The notes under the pieces: generated by a model
What the model saw: only the letters and a program-made list of their open reading frames with translations
The model's database searches: none
What the model was told of the DNA's origin: nothing
Source of the DNA: a bacterium
GTDB taxonomy: Bacteria > Patescibacteriota > Patescibacteriia > JAGPKW01
NCBI GenBank assembly: GCA_021780535.1
Contig: JAJXYN010000012.1
Location: 69,688 to 133,687, forward strand
Reading direction: 5' to 3'
Length of the DNA: 64,000 nt
Shown: positions 29,470 through 39,010 of the stretch, one piece after another
Layout: each line of letters begins with the position of its first letter
Position numbering within the stretch: the first letter of the stretch is position 1
Translations under genes and position numbers: made by a program

Positions 29470-29904
29470 ATGGAAATAGCTGAAATAATAACAGGGAAGG
29501 AATATCCTGAAAAAGTTATACCGATGATAGAAAATTGTAAAAAATCTATAGATATAGTTGTATTTGATTGGCGATGGTATCCGGATCAAATAGGGTCTAG
29601 TATTCAAAGATTTAATAATGCAATTGTTAAAAAAGGAAATACTGGAAAGCAAATAAGGGCAATAACAAATACAAAAGAAATTTCAAATGTTTTAATTCAA
29701 GGAAATATAAAAGCAAAAATATGGAAATCAAAAAGATTATTACATACAAAATTAATGATGATAGATGATGAAATTGCAATAATAGGAAGTCATAATTATA
29801 CATTAAATGCTTTTACAATAAATCAAGAAGTTTCTTTAATTATCAAGCAGAAACAAGTTTTAGAAAAATTAAAATTATATTTTGAAAATTTATGGCAGTT
29901 ATAA
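29470..29904 (+). CDS. Single-HKD phospholipase D-family (Nuc-like) nuclease
   Basis: LHTKLMMIDDEIAIIGSHNYT..A...NQE. Confidence 0.9.
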   Translation: MEIAEIITGKEYPEKVIPMIENCKKSIDIVVFDWRWYPDQIGSSIQRFNNAIVKKGNTGKQIRAITNTKEISNVLIQGNIKAKIWKSKRLLHTKLMMIDDEIAIIGSHNYTLNAFTINQEVSLIIKQKQVLEKLKLYFENLWQL

Positions 29905-30254
29905 AGCCAATACAGGAAGTTAAATCTTTAAATATTAAAAATAAATTAGGTACTTCATCTAATTTTGGTCAATTAACATTTGGTGAGACTAGATTTGGTC
30001 AATTTAAAAGTGAATATGGAATATATCAACAAAGAAGAAAAAGAAAAATTAAAATAACGATAAAAACTAAATTCTACTTACCAAAAAATCCAAAAACAGA
30101 AAGACAAATGATAAACCGATTAAAATTTAAAGAAGCAGTAAAAAAATGGCAAAATTTGACAAATAATGAGAAAGAAAAATATAATATAAGTACAAAATAT
30201 AAAAACTTATCAGGATATAATTTATTTATTAAACTAACTTTACTATCTAATTAA
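29892..30254 (+). CDS. Small basic putative DNA-binding/structural protein
   Basis: PKNPKTERQMINRLKFKEAVKKWQNLTNNEKEKYN...SGYNLF. Confidence 0.6.
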   Translation: MAVIKPIQEVKSLNIKNKLGTSSNFGQLTFGETRFGQFKSEYGIYQQRRKRKIKITIKTKFYLPKNPKTERQMINRLKFKEAVKKWQNLTNNEKEKYNISTKYKNLSGYNLFIKLTLLSN

Positions 30255-30306
30255 AGAGTCGAGTAAAAGCAAAACATTTTATTAAATAGTTTAAAAATAA
30301 AAATAT

Positions 30307-30882
30307 ATGCCAAAAGTTTCAGGGCCATTAATGTCTATGGACGCTAGTGGTAAACTCGGAAATTCAATTGTGTTTGGTAAATGGAAAGGTCAACATACAG
30401 TTAGAAGTTATGTAAAACCAGCAAATCCAAAAAAACCAGAGCAAGGTGATGTTAGACTTATATTAGGTGGACTTGGTAGGGCTTGTGGTTTTGTAGCAAA
30501 AGATAAAGGTTATCATACAAAATTGTTAGCTTTAAATATTATTCCATCATCTCAAAGTAAACAATCTTTTTTAGTTAAATACTTCAAAGATTTATTTATA
30601 AATGGAAGTGGAACAGTAATGAATACTAATTACGATGATCTTTTACTAGAGTTACAAGCACATACTGCTTATGCTGATTTTAATACAAAAGCTGTATCAA
30701 TAGGAATATCAGATTTTAGTTTGAGTTATGCTAGTTTAGCACCATTTGAAAAAGCTCTTTGTCTTTATATATTAGCAAAAGGCGCAATTTCTTTGGGATT
30801 TACAGGAACACCTTACACAAAATCACTTGCAACTTGGACATCAACAGATATTCAATCTTTGATAGTAGATTTACAAGGTTAA
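30307..30882 (+). CDS. Putative major structural protein (DUF6266-like N-terminus)
   Basis: MPKVSGPLMSMDASGKLGNSIVFGKWKGQHTVRSYVKPANPK..Q..VR. Last gene of the operon, followed by the hairpin GGAGGTCTCAT...ATGAGGCCTCT. Confidence 0.55.
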   Translation: MPKVSGPLMSMDASGKLGNSIVFGKWKGQHTVRSYVKPANPKKPEQGDVRLILGGLGRACGFVAKDKGYHTKLLALNIIPSSQSKQSFLVKYFKDLFINGSGTVMNTNYDDLLLELQAHTAYADFNTKAVSIGISDFSLSYASLAPFEKALCLYILAKGAISLGFTGTPYTKSLATWTSTDIQSLIVDLQG

Positions 30883-31042
30883 AAATAGGAGGTCTCATTT
30901 TATATGAGGCCTCTTACGATTAAAAAAATTCAAAATACAATTTAAACCACCCACGATAAACTCAATAACAAACCTTTATCGGTTCAGAAATGCTATTTAA
31001 CTTTAACTTGATAAAGTCTTATACAAAGTATGAAGTACGCTC

Positions 31043-31630
31043 GCTAAATTTTTTATTCCGGAGTACCTCCATAAAAAAATAAGCTCGCTGATGAACGTTT
31101 ATCTATAATCAACGTTTTTTATCTAGTCCATCCCGCTCCTTTCTTATTAATGTTCGCAGTAGCTCACATAAATAAGAAATCCGCTAGCTAAAATTGCCCA
31201 TAATTTTTTGAGTACAAAAAAATAGGCAATTTCTCTGCTAATAAACTTCAGTTTGCAAAATAGACAAGTGCTAACCCGTAAAATTTTTATAAATCTTCGT
31301 AGTAACTACGATTAATAAAAAATTTTACTCACTGCATCACATTATTTTTATGTTCCGCTATCGCTACACATAAAAATAAGTGATTTATGAAAATTAAAAA
31401 GTAAGAAGTGCTAACCCGGAAAAAAATAATAAACTAAGGTTAAAAAATCCGGTGAACGTAACGGTGCTCGCATAACAAGACATTTTGCGACACCTCGCTA
31501 CGTGATTGCTAGTTTAAAAGCACATCTAAAGAACCGCTCGCCGCTCGCAAAATGCTATGTTATGCGACACCTATACAGACCATCACGTTTATTGCCCCGG
31601 ACTTTTTAGAAAATTAATCTATTTTTTTCC
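31043..31630. other. Non-coding hairpin array ending in a ~210-nt imperfect rod
   Basis: Five 40-50 nt hairpins (31043-31384) and a long inverted-repeat rod (31418-31630); see findings. Confidence 0.8.
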
Positions 31631-32015
31631 TAACTTCCGTAATCCTGCTATAACGTGCATCTCGTTTCGCCCTCTGCAAACTATAAACAGTCCATCACGT
31701 AAGTGCTTCGGGCGACCAAAAAACAACGATAAAAAGCGTAAATACAACGCAAAACAAGTCTTAAAAAACAAAACAAAATTTAAAATAAAAATAAAGCCTT
31801 CCGATTATGATAAGAAACGGAATGCCTCTAAGGATTTACTCATAGACTATTTTAGATAAAAAAAGCCTATAAACAATATTTTAAAAAAATAAAAACTTTA
31901 AAAATTAGCCATTTTTAATAAAACAAAAAAGCATAAAAGCTTTATATTTTTTTGCTATTTATAAAATACTTTTAGTGTTTTGGTTTTATAAAATAACAGC
32001 GTAATTACAATATAA

Positions 32016-32639
32016 ATGGAAATAAATAAAAGATATAAACAAAATATATTAATACCAGATCAATTTTTGACCCAGAACGAAGTTGGGTGCTTGTTGAAAT
32101 CCATAGATACAAGAACATTTTTAGGAAAAAGAGATAAAGTAATTCTGTTGTTATTTTTAAATACAGGACTTAGAAAAAATGAATTATTAAGTTTGAATAT
32201 AGAAAACTATAAAAAAGAAAATAATGATTATTGGTTAGAATTCAAAGCAAAAGGCGGACAAATACATATACAAAATATATCTCAAATAGAAGTTATAAAA
32301 GCCGTAGATTCATATTTAAAATTATGGAAAATAGGAAACAATGAATTAGAGCCTATATTTCAAAGTACTTATGATTGCAAAAATAAGAGTGGCAAAAGAT
32401 TAAGTAAACAGTCATTAGAATTTATGCTTAAAAAATATGGCAAACAAGCAGGAATTCAAAAAAAATTACATATTCATATGTTAAGACATACAGCAGGAAG
32501 TGAATTTTATAGATTAACTCAAAATTTACCTTTAACTCAAATGTTTTTAAGACATAAAAGTATAAATTCAACTCTTATCTATATGCACGCAGACAAAACA
32601 AAAGTAAAAGAAGTTCAAAAATTGATGTTCAAAAATTAG
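32016..32639 (+). CDS. Short tyrosine recombinase (catalytic domain only)
   Basis: TGLRKNE, KAKGG, HMLRH, LRHKS and IYMH give a complete R-K-H-R-H-Y set. 207 aa. Confidence 0.9.
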   Translation: MEINKRYKQNILIPDQFLTQNEVGCLLKSIDTRTFLGKRDKVILLLFLNTGLRKNELLSLNIENYKKENNDYWLEFKAKGGQIHIQNISQIEVIKAVDSYLKLWKIGNNELEPIFQSTYDCKNKSGKRLSKQSLEFMLKKYGKQAGIQKKLHIHMLRHTAGSEFYRLTQNLPLTQMFLRHKSINSTLIYMHADKTKVKEVQKLMFKN

Positions 32640-32792
32640 AAAAAAATCTCAAAGAAATCATCAAAAAAATACAGGACAAATCTTGAAAAATAACTCAGAT
32701 CAAACTCGAAAAAAATATCAGAAAAAACTTTGAAAAAATATCAAACTAAATATCAATAAAAACCTAAATAAAATATCTAACAAACAAAAGAT

Positions 32793-33212
32793 ATGATTAT
32801 AAAAGATCTAAATAGATTAAATAAAAAAGTAAAAGAATTATGCGAAAAATTTATCAATGAGTGTAAAAACAAAGATATAACTGTAATTATCACAGAAACA
32901 TTTAGAGATAAATCAAGACAAGAACAAGCAGTAATCGAAAATAAAAGCAATGCTCATTTTGGTTACTCATTTCATAATTATGGATTAGCTTTCGATTTTG
33001 CTGTGTTAAATAAAAATAAAGGAATCACTTGGAATGTAAATAAAGATAAAAATTGGTTTATTTGCGGTGAAATCGGTAAGAAACTAGGTCTTTCTTGGGG
33101 TGGTGATTGGAAAATGAAAGATTATTGTCATTTTGAGTTCTATTTTAATATAAATAGAGATGTTTTGCTTAATAAATTATTAAAAGGATTTGATGCTAAT
33201 AAATTAAGTTAA
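32793..33212 (+). CDS. M15-family peptidoglycan peptidase (endolysin)
   Basis: ETFR...Q, SFHNYGLAFD, WGGDW..DYCHFE. Confidence 0.9.
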   Translation: MIIKDLNRLNKKVKELCEKFINECKNKDITVIITETFRDKSRQEQAVIENKSNAHFGYSFHNYGLAFDFAVLNKNKGITWNVNKDKNWFICGEIGKKLGLSWGGDWKMKDYCHFEFYFNINRDVLLNKLLKGFDANKLS

Positions 33213-33216
33213 AAAT

Positions 33217-33420
33217 ATGCCAGAAACAAAACAAATTTATCAATCAATGACGATTATGGGCGCTGTTATCGTAATAATTTCTTTTGTTGTTAATAGATTA
33301 AATATTGATATTTCAAATAAAGAAGTTGTTGATGTAGTGAGTGCGGTTTTTGTAATAGGAGGCGCTTTGATTTCTATTATTGGACGAATTAGGGCTAATA
33401 AGAGGATAGGGAAAAAATAA
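33217..33420 (+). CDS. Putative holin (2 TM)
   Basis: Two hydrophobic helices and a basic GRIRANKRI tail, 4 nt after the lysin. Confidence 0.7.
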   Translation: MPETKQIYQSMTIMGAVIVIISFVVNRLNIDISNKEVVDVVSAVFVIGGALISIIGRIRANKRIGKK

Positions 33421-33858
33421 CAATTATGTTTTATATTAGATAATTATTTATAATTAGGATTTCTTCATCATTTCTTCATTTTGTTTTGCTATAATATTTC
33501 TATTTATTTTTTAAAATATAATTTATGTTTTACTTTATGACTGATAAAAATGAAGTATTAGTTTTTATCAGTGCCGTTATTATATTTATTTTGTCTGTTA
33601 TTGTATATTATAAATTTTTTTATAATAGAAATAAGTAGTTTATAAATTTGTACACTGGTTGATTTTGTTATATTTAAAAGGTATATTATTTAAAATATTT
33701 CAATTAAATAAAAGAATTAATTTAAAATAGCTTGTAAAAAGCTTATTTTGAAAATATTTTTTGTGCACAACCACAAATGCGGTAAAGATGTTATAATTAA
33801 AATATATATTAAGATATAAATTATAACTATTTAATTTTTAAAGAAGTATGTTAAAAGT

Positions 33859-35982
33859 ATGTTAAAAGTTCAAATAGAAAAAAATAAAATATTTTCTCCT
33901 CTTAGAAAAAAATGGTTAATAAATACTCCAGAAGAAGAAGTCAGACAAGGTTATATTTGTAAGCTTGTTAATGATTATGGGTATGATTTAGAACAAATAG
34001 ATGAAGAGTTGCAGGTAAATAATAGTTTAAGAGGACAAGGTAAATCAAGAGCAGATATTGTCATTTGGAAATCAAAAGAAGAAAGGTTGAGCAAAAAAAA
34101 TGCTTTTATTGTTGTTGAATGTAAATCTGATAATGTTGTTATACATCCAGAAGATTATTATCAAGGTAATAACTATGCTTCTTGGGCAAGGGCTAAATTT
34201 TTTATTACTCACAATAATGCTGAAACAAAGTATTTTCAGATGCTTGAAGATAAATTACCTATTGATTTAAATGAAATAGCTAATATACCCAAAGCGGAAG
34301 AAGTAAATAATGAGATTAGATTGAAAGAGTTAGTTGATGAAACTAAAGTATTTACTAGAGATGAATTTTCAAAGTTACTTTATAAATGTCATACAATAAT
34401 TAGAAATAATGACAAACTTTCTCCTGAAGGTGCTTTTGATGAAATTAGTAAAATATTATTTATTAAGATAAGATATGAAAGACAAAAAGGGAAAAATATA
34501 TTTTCTCTTGCTCGTTTTAATGAATTAAAAAATAATTATGAAGAAACTGCTTCTAGAAACTCTAAGCCGTTTTATCAAAATTTATTTGAAAAAACAAAAG
34601 ATGATTTAGAGAAAGATGAACTTTTTGAAACGAATGAAGAGATAAAAATTCGTGAAAATAGCTTTGAACAAATAGTAAAAGAACTGGAGAAATATAATCT
34701 TTCAGATACAGGAGATGATGTTAAAGGAATAGCTTTTGAGCAATTTTTAGGCAAAACATTTAGAGGTGAGCTTGGGCAATTTTTTACTCCTAGAACAATA
34801 GTTGATTTCATGGTTGATATTTTAGACCCAAAAGAAAATGATTTAATTTGTGATCCTTGTTGTGGATCTGGTGGTTTTCTTATTAAAGCTTTTGACTATA
34901 TTAGAGCTAAAATTGAAGCTGATATTTTGAGACAAAAAGAAGAAATCAAAAATAAATATTTTGATGAAAAGTATCAAAAATTAGATGATAAAGAAAAGCA
35001 AAAGATTGATGATACTGTAGAACGTGAATTTAAGAAATTGAATCAAGAACTAGATAATAAAATAGAAAAATCTAGATTACATAATTTATCTCATAATTGT
35101 ATATATGGTTCTGACGCTAATCCAAGAATGGCAAGAACTAGTAAAATGAATATGATTATGCATGGTGATGGTCATGGTGGAGTTCATCATAATGATGGAT
35201 TATTGGATGTTAATGGTATCTTTGAAAACCGTTTTGATATAATTCTTACAAACCCTCCTTTTGGTTCAAGAGTTGGCAAAGATCACAAAATAACAGATAA
35301 TGATAATAAATATAAAGGCAAAGAATCTTATATTAAAGAAAAATTTGGTGATGCAGGTTTAAATGCAATATCTAATTTAGAGAATAACATTGGTAAAAAT
35401 CTTATAGAAACTTATGAAACTGGAAGTTTTTCAACTCTTACAGAAGTTTTGTTTATGGAACGTTATCTAAGATTGCTTAAGCAAGGTGGGAAAATGGCCG
35501 TTGTTTTGCCAGAGGGTTTTTTAAATAATCCAAATTTACAAAAAGTAAGAGAATATTTTGAAGGTAGAGCTAAGATTGAGCTTATCGTTTCTATCCCTCA
35601 GGATGTATTTATAGCTAGCGGGGCTACGGTAAAGCCCAGTTTGGTGTTTTTACAAAAATTTACTCAAGTAGATAGTAAAAAATATGAAAAAATAAAAGAG
35701 GAAGTAAATAAAAATATTATAGAAAAATATCAAATTCAAATAGATGAATTAGAAAATGAATTAGAAAAACTAAAAGGAGATAAAAGAAAACTAAAGAAAA
35801 AAGAATTGGATAATTTAGAAATTCTTATTGAAACTGAGATAAAACAGGAGATTAAAAATAAATTTGATTATCAAATACCAATAGTAGAAGTTGAAAAAGC
35901 TGGCATTACAACAACAGGAGAAAAATGTGAAAATGAACTTTTAGATGTAGTAAAAGAGTATAGAAAATATAAATCTAAATAA
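33859..35982 (+). CDS. Fused restriction nuclease (HSDR_N-like) plus HsdM-type N6-adenine methyltransferase
   Basis: PEEEVRQ..ADIVIW..VECKS, then GQFFTPR, DPCCGSGGFL and TNPPFG. Confidence 0.9.
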   Translation: MLKVQIEKNKIFSPLRKKWLINTPEEEVRQGYICKLVNDYGYDLEQIDEELQVNNSLRGQGKSRADIVIWKSKEERLSKKNAFIVVECKSDNVVIHPEDYYQGNNYASWARAKFFITHNNAETKYFQMLEDKLPIDLNEIANIPKAEEVNNEIRLKELVDETKVFTRDEFSKLLYKCHTIIRNNDKLSPEGAFDEISKILFIKIRYERQKGKNIFSLARFNELKNNYEETASRNSKPFYQNLFEKTKDDLEKDELFETNEEIKIRENSFEQIVKELEKYNLSDTGDDVKGIAFEQFLGKTFRGELGQFFTPRTIVDFMVDILDPKENDLICDPCCGSGGFLIKAFDYIRAKIEADILRQKEEIKNKYFDEKYQKLDDKEKQKIDDTVEREFKKLNQELDNKIEKSRLHNLSHNCIYGSDANPRMARTSKMNMIMHGDGHGGVHHNDGLLDVNGIFENRFDIILTNPPFGSRVGKDHKITDNDNKYKGKESYIKEKFGDAGLNAISNLENNIGKNLIETYETGSFSTLTEVLFMERYLRLLKQGGKMAVVLPEGFLNNPNLQKVREYFEGRAKIELIVSIPQDVFIASGATVKPSLVFLQKFTQVDSKKYEKIKEEVNKNIIEKYQIQIDELENELEKLKGDKRKLKKKELDNLEILIETEIKQEIKNKFDYQIPIVEVEKAGITTTGEKCENELLDVVKEYRKYKSK

Positions 35983-35983
35983 C

Positions 35984-37339
35984 ATGGTTTCTGTGATAAA
36001 TAAAATTGAATATAAATATTTACAATTCACATCTTTTAAAAATTGGTTAAATTGGGATGTAAAAAGTTATGCAAAAAACAATCTTAAATCAGATTATGAG
36101 TTTATAAAATTAGGCTCTGTGTTAAAAGAACATGTTGAAAAAGTAAAATTAAAAGATTTTCCAGACAAAGAGTTTGGTATTTTAGGTGTAAATAATAAAA
36201 TTGGTATTTTCGATGCTTATTTGGAAAAAGGTTCAAAAATAAATCAGCCATATAAAATATTAAAAAACAATTGGATTGCTTATAATCCTTATCGTGTAAA
36301 TGTTGGTTCAATAGGAATTAAAACACAAAATGAAAAATATGAGTATATAAGTAATGCTTATGTTGTTTTTAGTTGTGATGAACAAAGATTAGATACGGAT
36401 TTCTTTTTTAGACTTTTTAAAACAGATACATTTAATAATCTTGTTAAGAAATCAACGAAAGGTTCTGTTCGTCAAAATCTTTCTTTTGATTTACTTAGTA
36501 ATATTCAAATTCCTTTGCCTTCTATTAGTGCTCAAAAAGAATTTATAAAAATTTATAATAATAAAATATCAGACATTAAAAAACTAGAAATTCAAGTTAA
36601 CGAAATAAGTAGTAAAATTGAAAGTTATTTAATGAAAGAGCTTAATATAAGCGTAGAGAAAACTCAAAAAATAAAAGGTCTTCATTTTGTAAATTTTAAA
36701 AATTTAAATAAGTGGACATTAAATGAAACAACTTTAGAGAAAATACAAGAAAAATCAAAATATAAGGCTGTCCCAATAGAAAAAATATCAGAAAGTATTT
36801 TAAGAGGAAAATCTCCAAAATATGACGATAATTCTAATTGTGTTATTTTAAATCAAAAATGTAATCGTTGGGATGAAATTGATTTGGAATTTGCAAAAAC
36901 AGTAAATAAAGAATGGCTAAATAAGCAAACTCTTTTTACTAAAGAAAGTGATGTTTTGATAAATTCAACCGGCGAAGGAACAATTGGAAGATCTACGTAT
37001 ATATTAAAAAGTTATGAGGGGTTACTTTTTGATAGTCATCTACTTTTATTTAGGGGAGATAAAAAAATTATAAATGGAAAATATTTTGTGTATTGGTTTA
37101 ATTCAACAATAAATCAACAATATCTGAATGAAATAAAATCAGCGCAAACAACAAAACAAACAGAATTAGGATCTAATAATTTAAGTAATATGTTGATTCC
37201 TTTACCACCTCTTGAAACGCAAGAAGAAATAGTAAATCAAATAGATTCTTGGAAAAATAAAATTAAGGATATTAATGAAAAAATTGAGTCATTAAGAGAA
37301 GGTGCTCAAAAAGAATTTGAAGTTAATCTTTTTAAATAG
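35984..37339 (+). CDS. HsdS-type specificity subunit
   Basis: Two TRDs, ending IPLPSISAQ and IPLPPLETQEEIV. Confidence 0.9.
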   Translation: MVSVINKIEYKYLQFTSFKNWLNWDVKSYAKNNLKSDYEFIKLGSVLKEHVEKVKLKDFPDKEFGILGVNNKIGIFDAYLEKGSKINQPYKILKNNWIAYNPYRVNVGSIGIKTQNEKYEYISNAYVVFSCDEQRLDTDFFFRLFKTDTFNNLVKKSTKGSVRQNLSFDLLSNIQIPLPSISAQKEFIKIYNNKISDIKKLEIQVNEISSKIESYLMKELNISVEKTQKIKGLHFVNFKNLNKWTLNETTLEKIQEKSKYKAVPIEKISESILRGKSPKYDDNSNCVILNQKCNRWDEIDLEFAKTVNKEWLNKQTLFTKESDVLINSTGEGTIGRSTYILKSYEGLLFDSHLLLFRGDKKIINGKYFVYWFNSTINQQYLNEIKSAQTTKQTELGSNNLSNMLIPLPPLETQEEIVNQIDSWKNKIKDINEKIESLREGAQKEFEVNLFK

Positions 37340-37355
37340 ATGCAATAAAGTAAAA

Positions 37356-37410
37356 TTTATAAAAAATAAAAAACTAAGATTTATTTCTTAGTTTTTTTAT
37401 TTTTTATAAA
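37356..37410. terminator. Long AT-rich inverted repeat / terminator
   Basis: TTTATAAAAAATAAAAAACTAAGA...TCTTAGTTTTTTTATTTTTTATAAA. Confidence 0.55.
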
Positions 37411-37506
37411 GTTCATGATTTGTTCATTTTTTGCATACCTTATTGAAAAAACATTTAAAAGGTGTATCATTAAATAGTAAATATACTAAATGATTTTTAT
37501 AAAAAT

Positions 37507-38781
37507 ATGAATGAAATTATATGTCCAAATTGTAAAAAAGCTTTTAAAGTTGATGAGGCTGGTTTTGCTGATATTCTTAAACAAGTCCGCGATGAAGCGT
37601 TTAGTAAAGAATTAAAAGAACGTGAGAGAATGTTTGCTGAAGATAAAGAGAATTCTATTAAATTAGCTGAAGCAAATATTAAAAATTTGTTACAAAAAGA
37701 TATTTCAAAAAAAGAAACGGAAATAGCTGAAATAAAAGCTAAAAAAGATTTAGAGATTGCTGAACTTGATGCAAAAAAAGAAGCTGAATTGGCTGAAATG
37801 AAATCAAAAATAGATAATGCAGAAATTGAGAAAAAACTTGCCGTAACTGAAGCAGTAAATAAAATTGAGAAAGATCGTGATAATCTTGCAGGTGAATTAA
37901 AAATTAAAGATACAGAAAAACAATTACTTGAAACATCATTAAAAGAAAAATATATCACAGAACTTAAAACAAAGGATGATATTATTAAAATGAAAGATGA
38001 TGAAATTGCTCTTCGTAAAGATATGAAAGTTAAACTTTCTACAAAAATGATAGGTGAAACATTAGAACAACATTGCGAAACAGAGTTTAATAAACTTCGT
38101 GCTACTGGTTTTCAAAATGCATATTTTGAAAAAGATAATGATGTAAAAACTGGTAGTAAGGGTGATTATATTTATCGTGAAAATACTGAAGAAGGTAATG
38201 AAATTATTTCTATTATGTTTGAAATGAAAAATGAAGGAGATGAAACTGCTACAAAGAAAAAAAATGAAGATTTTTTACGTGAGCTTGATAAAGATCGTAT
38301 AGAGAAAAAATGTGAATACGCGGTGCTTGTTACTCTTCTTGAATCTGAAAATGAATTATATAACACTGGTATCGTTGATGTTTTTCATAAATATCCAAAA
38401 ATGTATGTAATTCGTCCACAATTTTTTATTCAAATAATAACTTTATTACGTAATGCAGCTACGAATTCTCTAAAATATAAAGCAGAACTTGCATTAGTAA
38501 GAAATCAAAATGTTGATATTACAAATTTTGAGGACAATGTAAATAAATTTAAAGAAGAATTTGGAAGAAATTATGAATTGGCCAGTCGTAAGTTTAAAAC
38601 AGCTATTGAAGAAATAGATAAAACAATAGATCATCTTCAAAAAACTAAAGAAGAACTTTTATCATCTGAAAACAACCTTCGTTTAGCCAATAATAAAACA
38701 GAGGATTTAACCATTAAAAAACTAACACGTGGTAATCCTACTATGACAGCTAAATTTGCAGAGATTACAAATATTAAATAA
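37507..38781 (+). CDS. DUF2130-family coiled-coil protein
   Basis: [37 protein letters not shown]. Confidence 0.85.
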   Translation: MNEIICPNCKKAFKVDEAGFADILKQVRDEAFSKELKERERMFAEDKENSIKLAEANIKNLLQKDISKKETEIAEIKAKKDLEIAELDAKKEAELAEMKSKIDNAEIEKKLAVTEAVNKIEKDRDNLAGELKIKDTEKQLLETSLKEKYITELKTKDDIIKMKDDEIALRKDMKVKLSTKMIGETLEQHCETEFNKLRATGFQNAYFEKDNDVKTGSKGDYIYRENTEEGNEIISIMFEMKNEGDETATKKKNEDFLRELDKDRIEKKCEYAVLVTLLESENELYNTGIVDVFHKYPKMYVIRPQFFIQIITLLRNAATNSLKYKAELALVRNQNVDITNFEDNVNKFKEEFGRNYELASRKFKTAIEEIDKTIDHLQKTKEELLSSENNLRLANNKTEDLTIKKLTRGNPTMTAKFAEITNIK

Positions 38782-38795
38782 TAACTAAAATATAT

Positions 38796-39008
38796 ATGCA
38801 AAGACAAAATGTTTCATCTTCTGATATTGCTTCAATTGGGTACGATCAAAATTTATTCATATTAGAAATTGAATTTTTAAGTGGAGGAATATATCAATAT
38901 ATTAATGTGCCAAGTAGTATTTTTCAAGGAATAATGTCCGCTTCTTCTCATGGTGTTTATTTTCATCAATATATTAAAGATAAATATAGCTGTAATAAAA
39001 TTAAATAA
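38796..39008 (+). CDS. KTSC-domain protein
   Basis: VSSSDIASIGYD....LEIEF.SGGIYQY..VP.......ASSHG.YF. Confidence 0.9.
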   Translation: MQRQNVSSSDIASIGYDQNLFILEIEFLSGGIYQYINVPSSIFQGIMSASSHGVYFHQYIKDKYSCNKIK

Positions 39009-39010
39009 AT

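Noticed and set aside
31043-31630. CRISPR array
   Set aside because: The hairpin units differ in sequence, there is no constant repeat with unique spacers, and no cas genes are present.
31557-31859. 100-aa ORF from the track
   Set aside because: It overlaps the hairpin rod, has atypical composition and shows no motif; likely spurious.
31468-32639. Classical integron (IntI + attC array)
   Set aside because: There is only one attC-like structure and no cassette ORF before it. The recombinase is 207 aa with no N-domain and no evident IntI-specific insertion.
32640-32790. A-rich AAAAAATATCA-like repeats after the short recombinase
   Set aside because: Too degenerate in an AT-rich background to support as binding sites.
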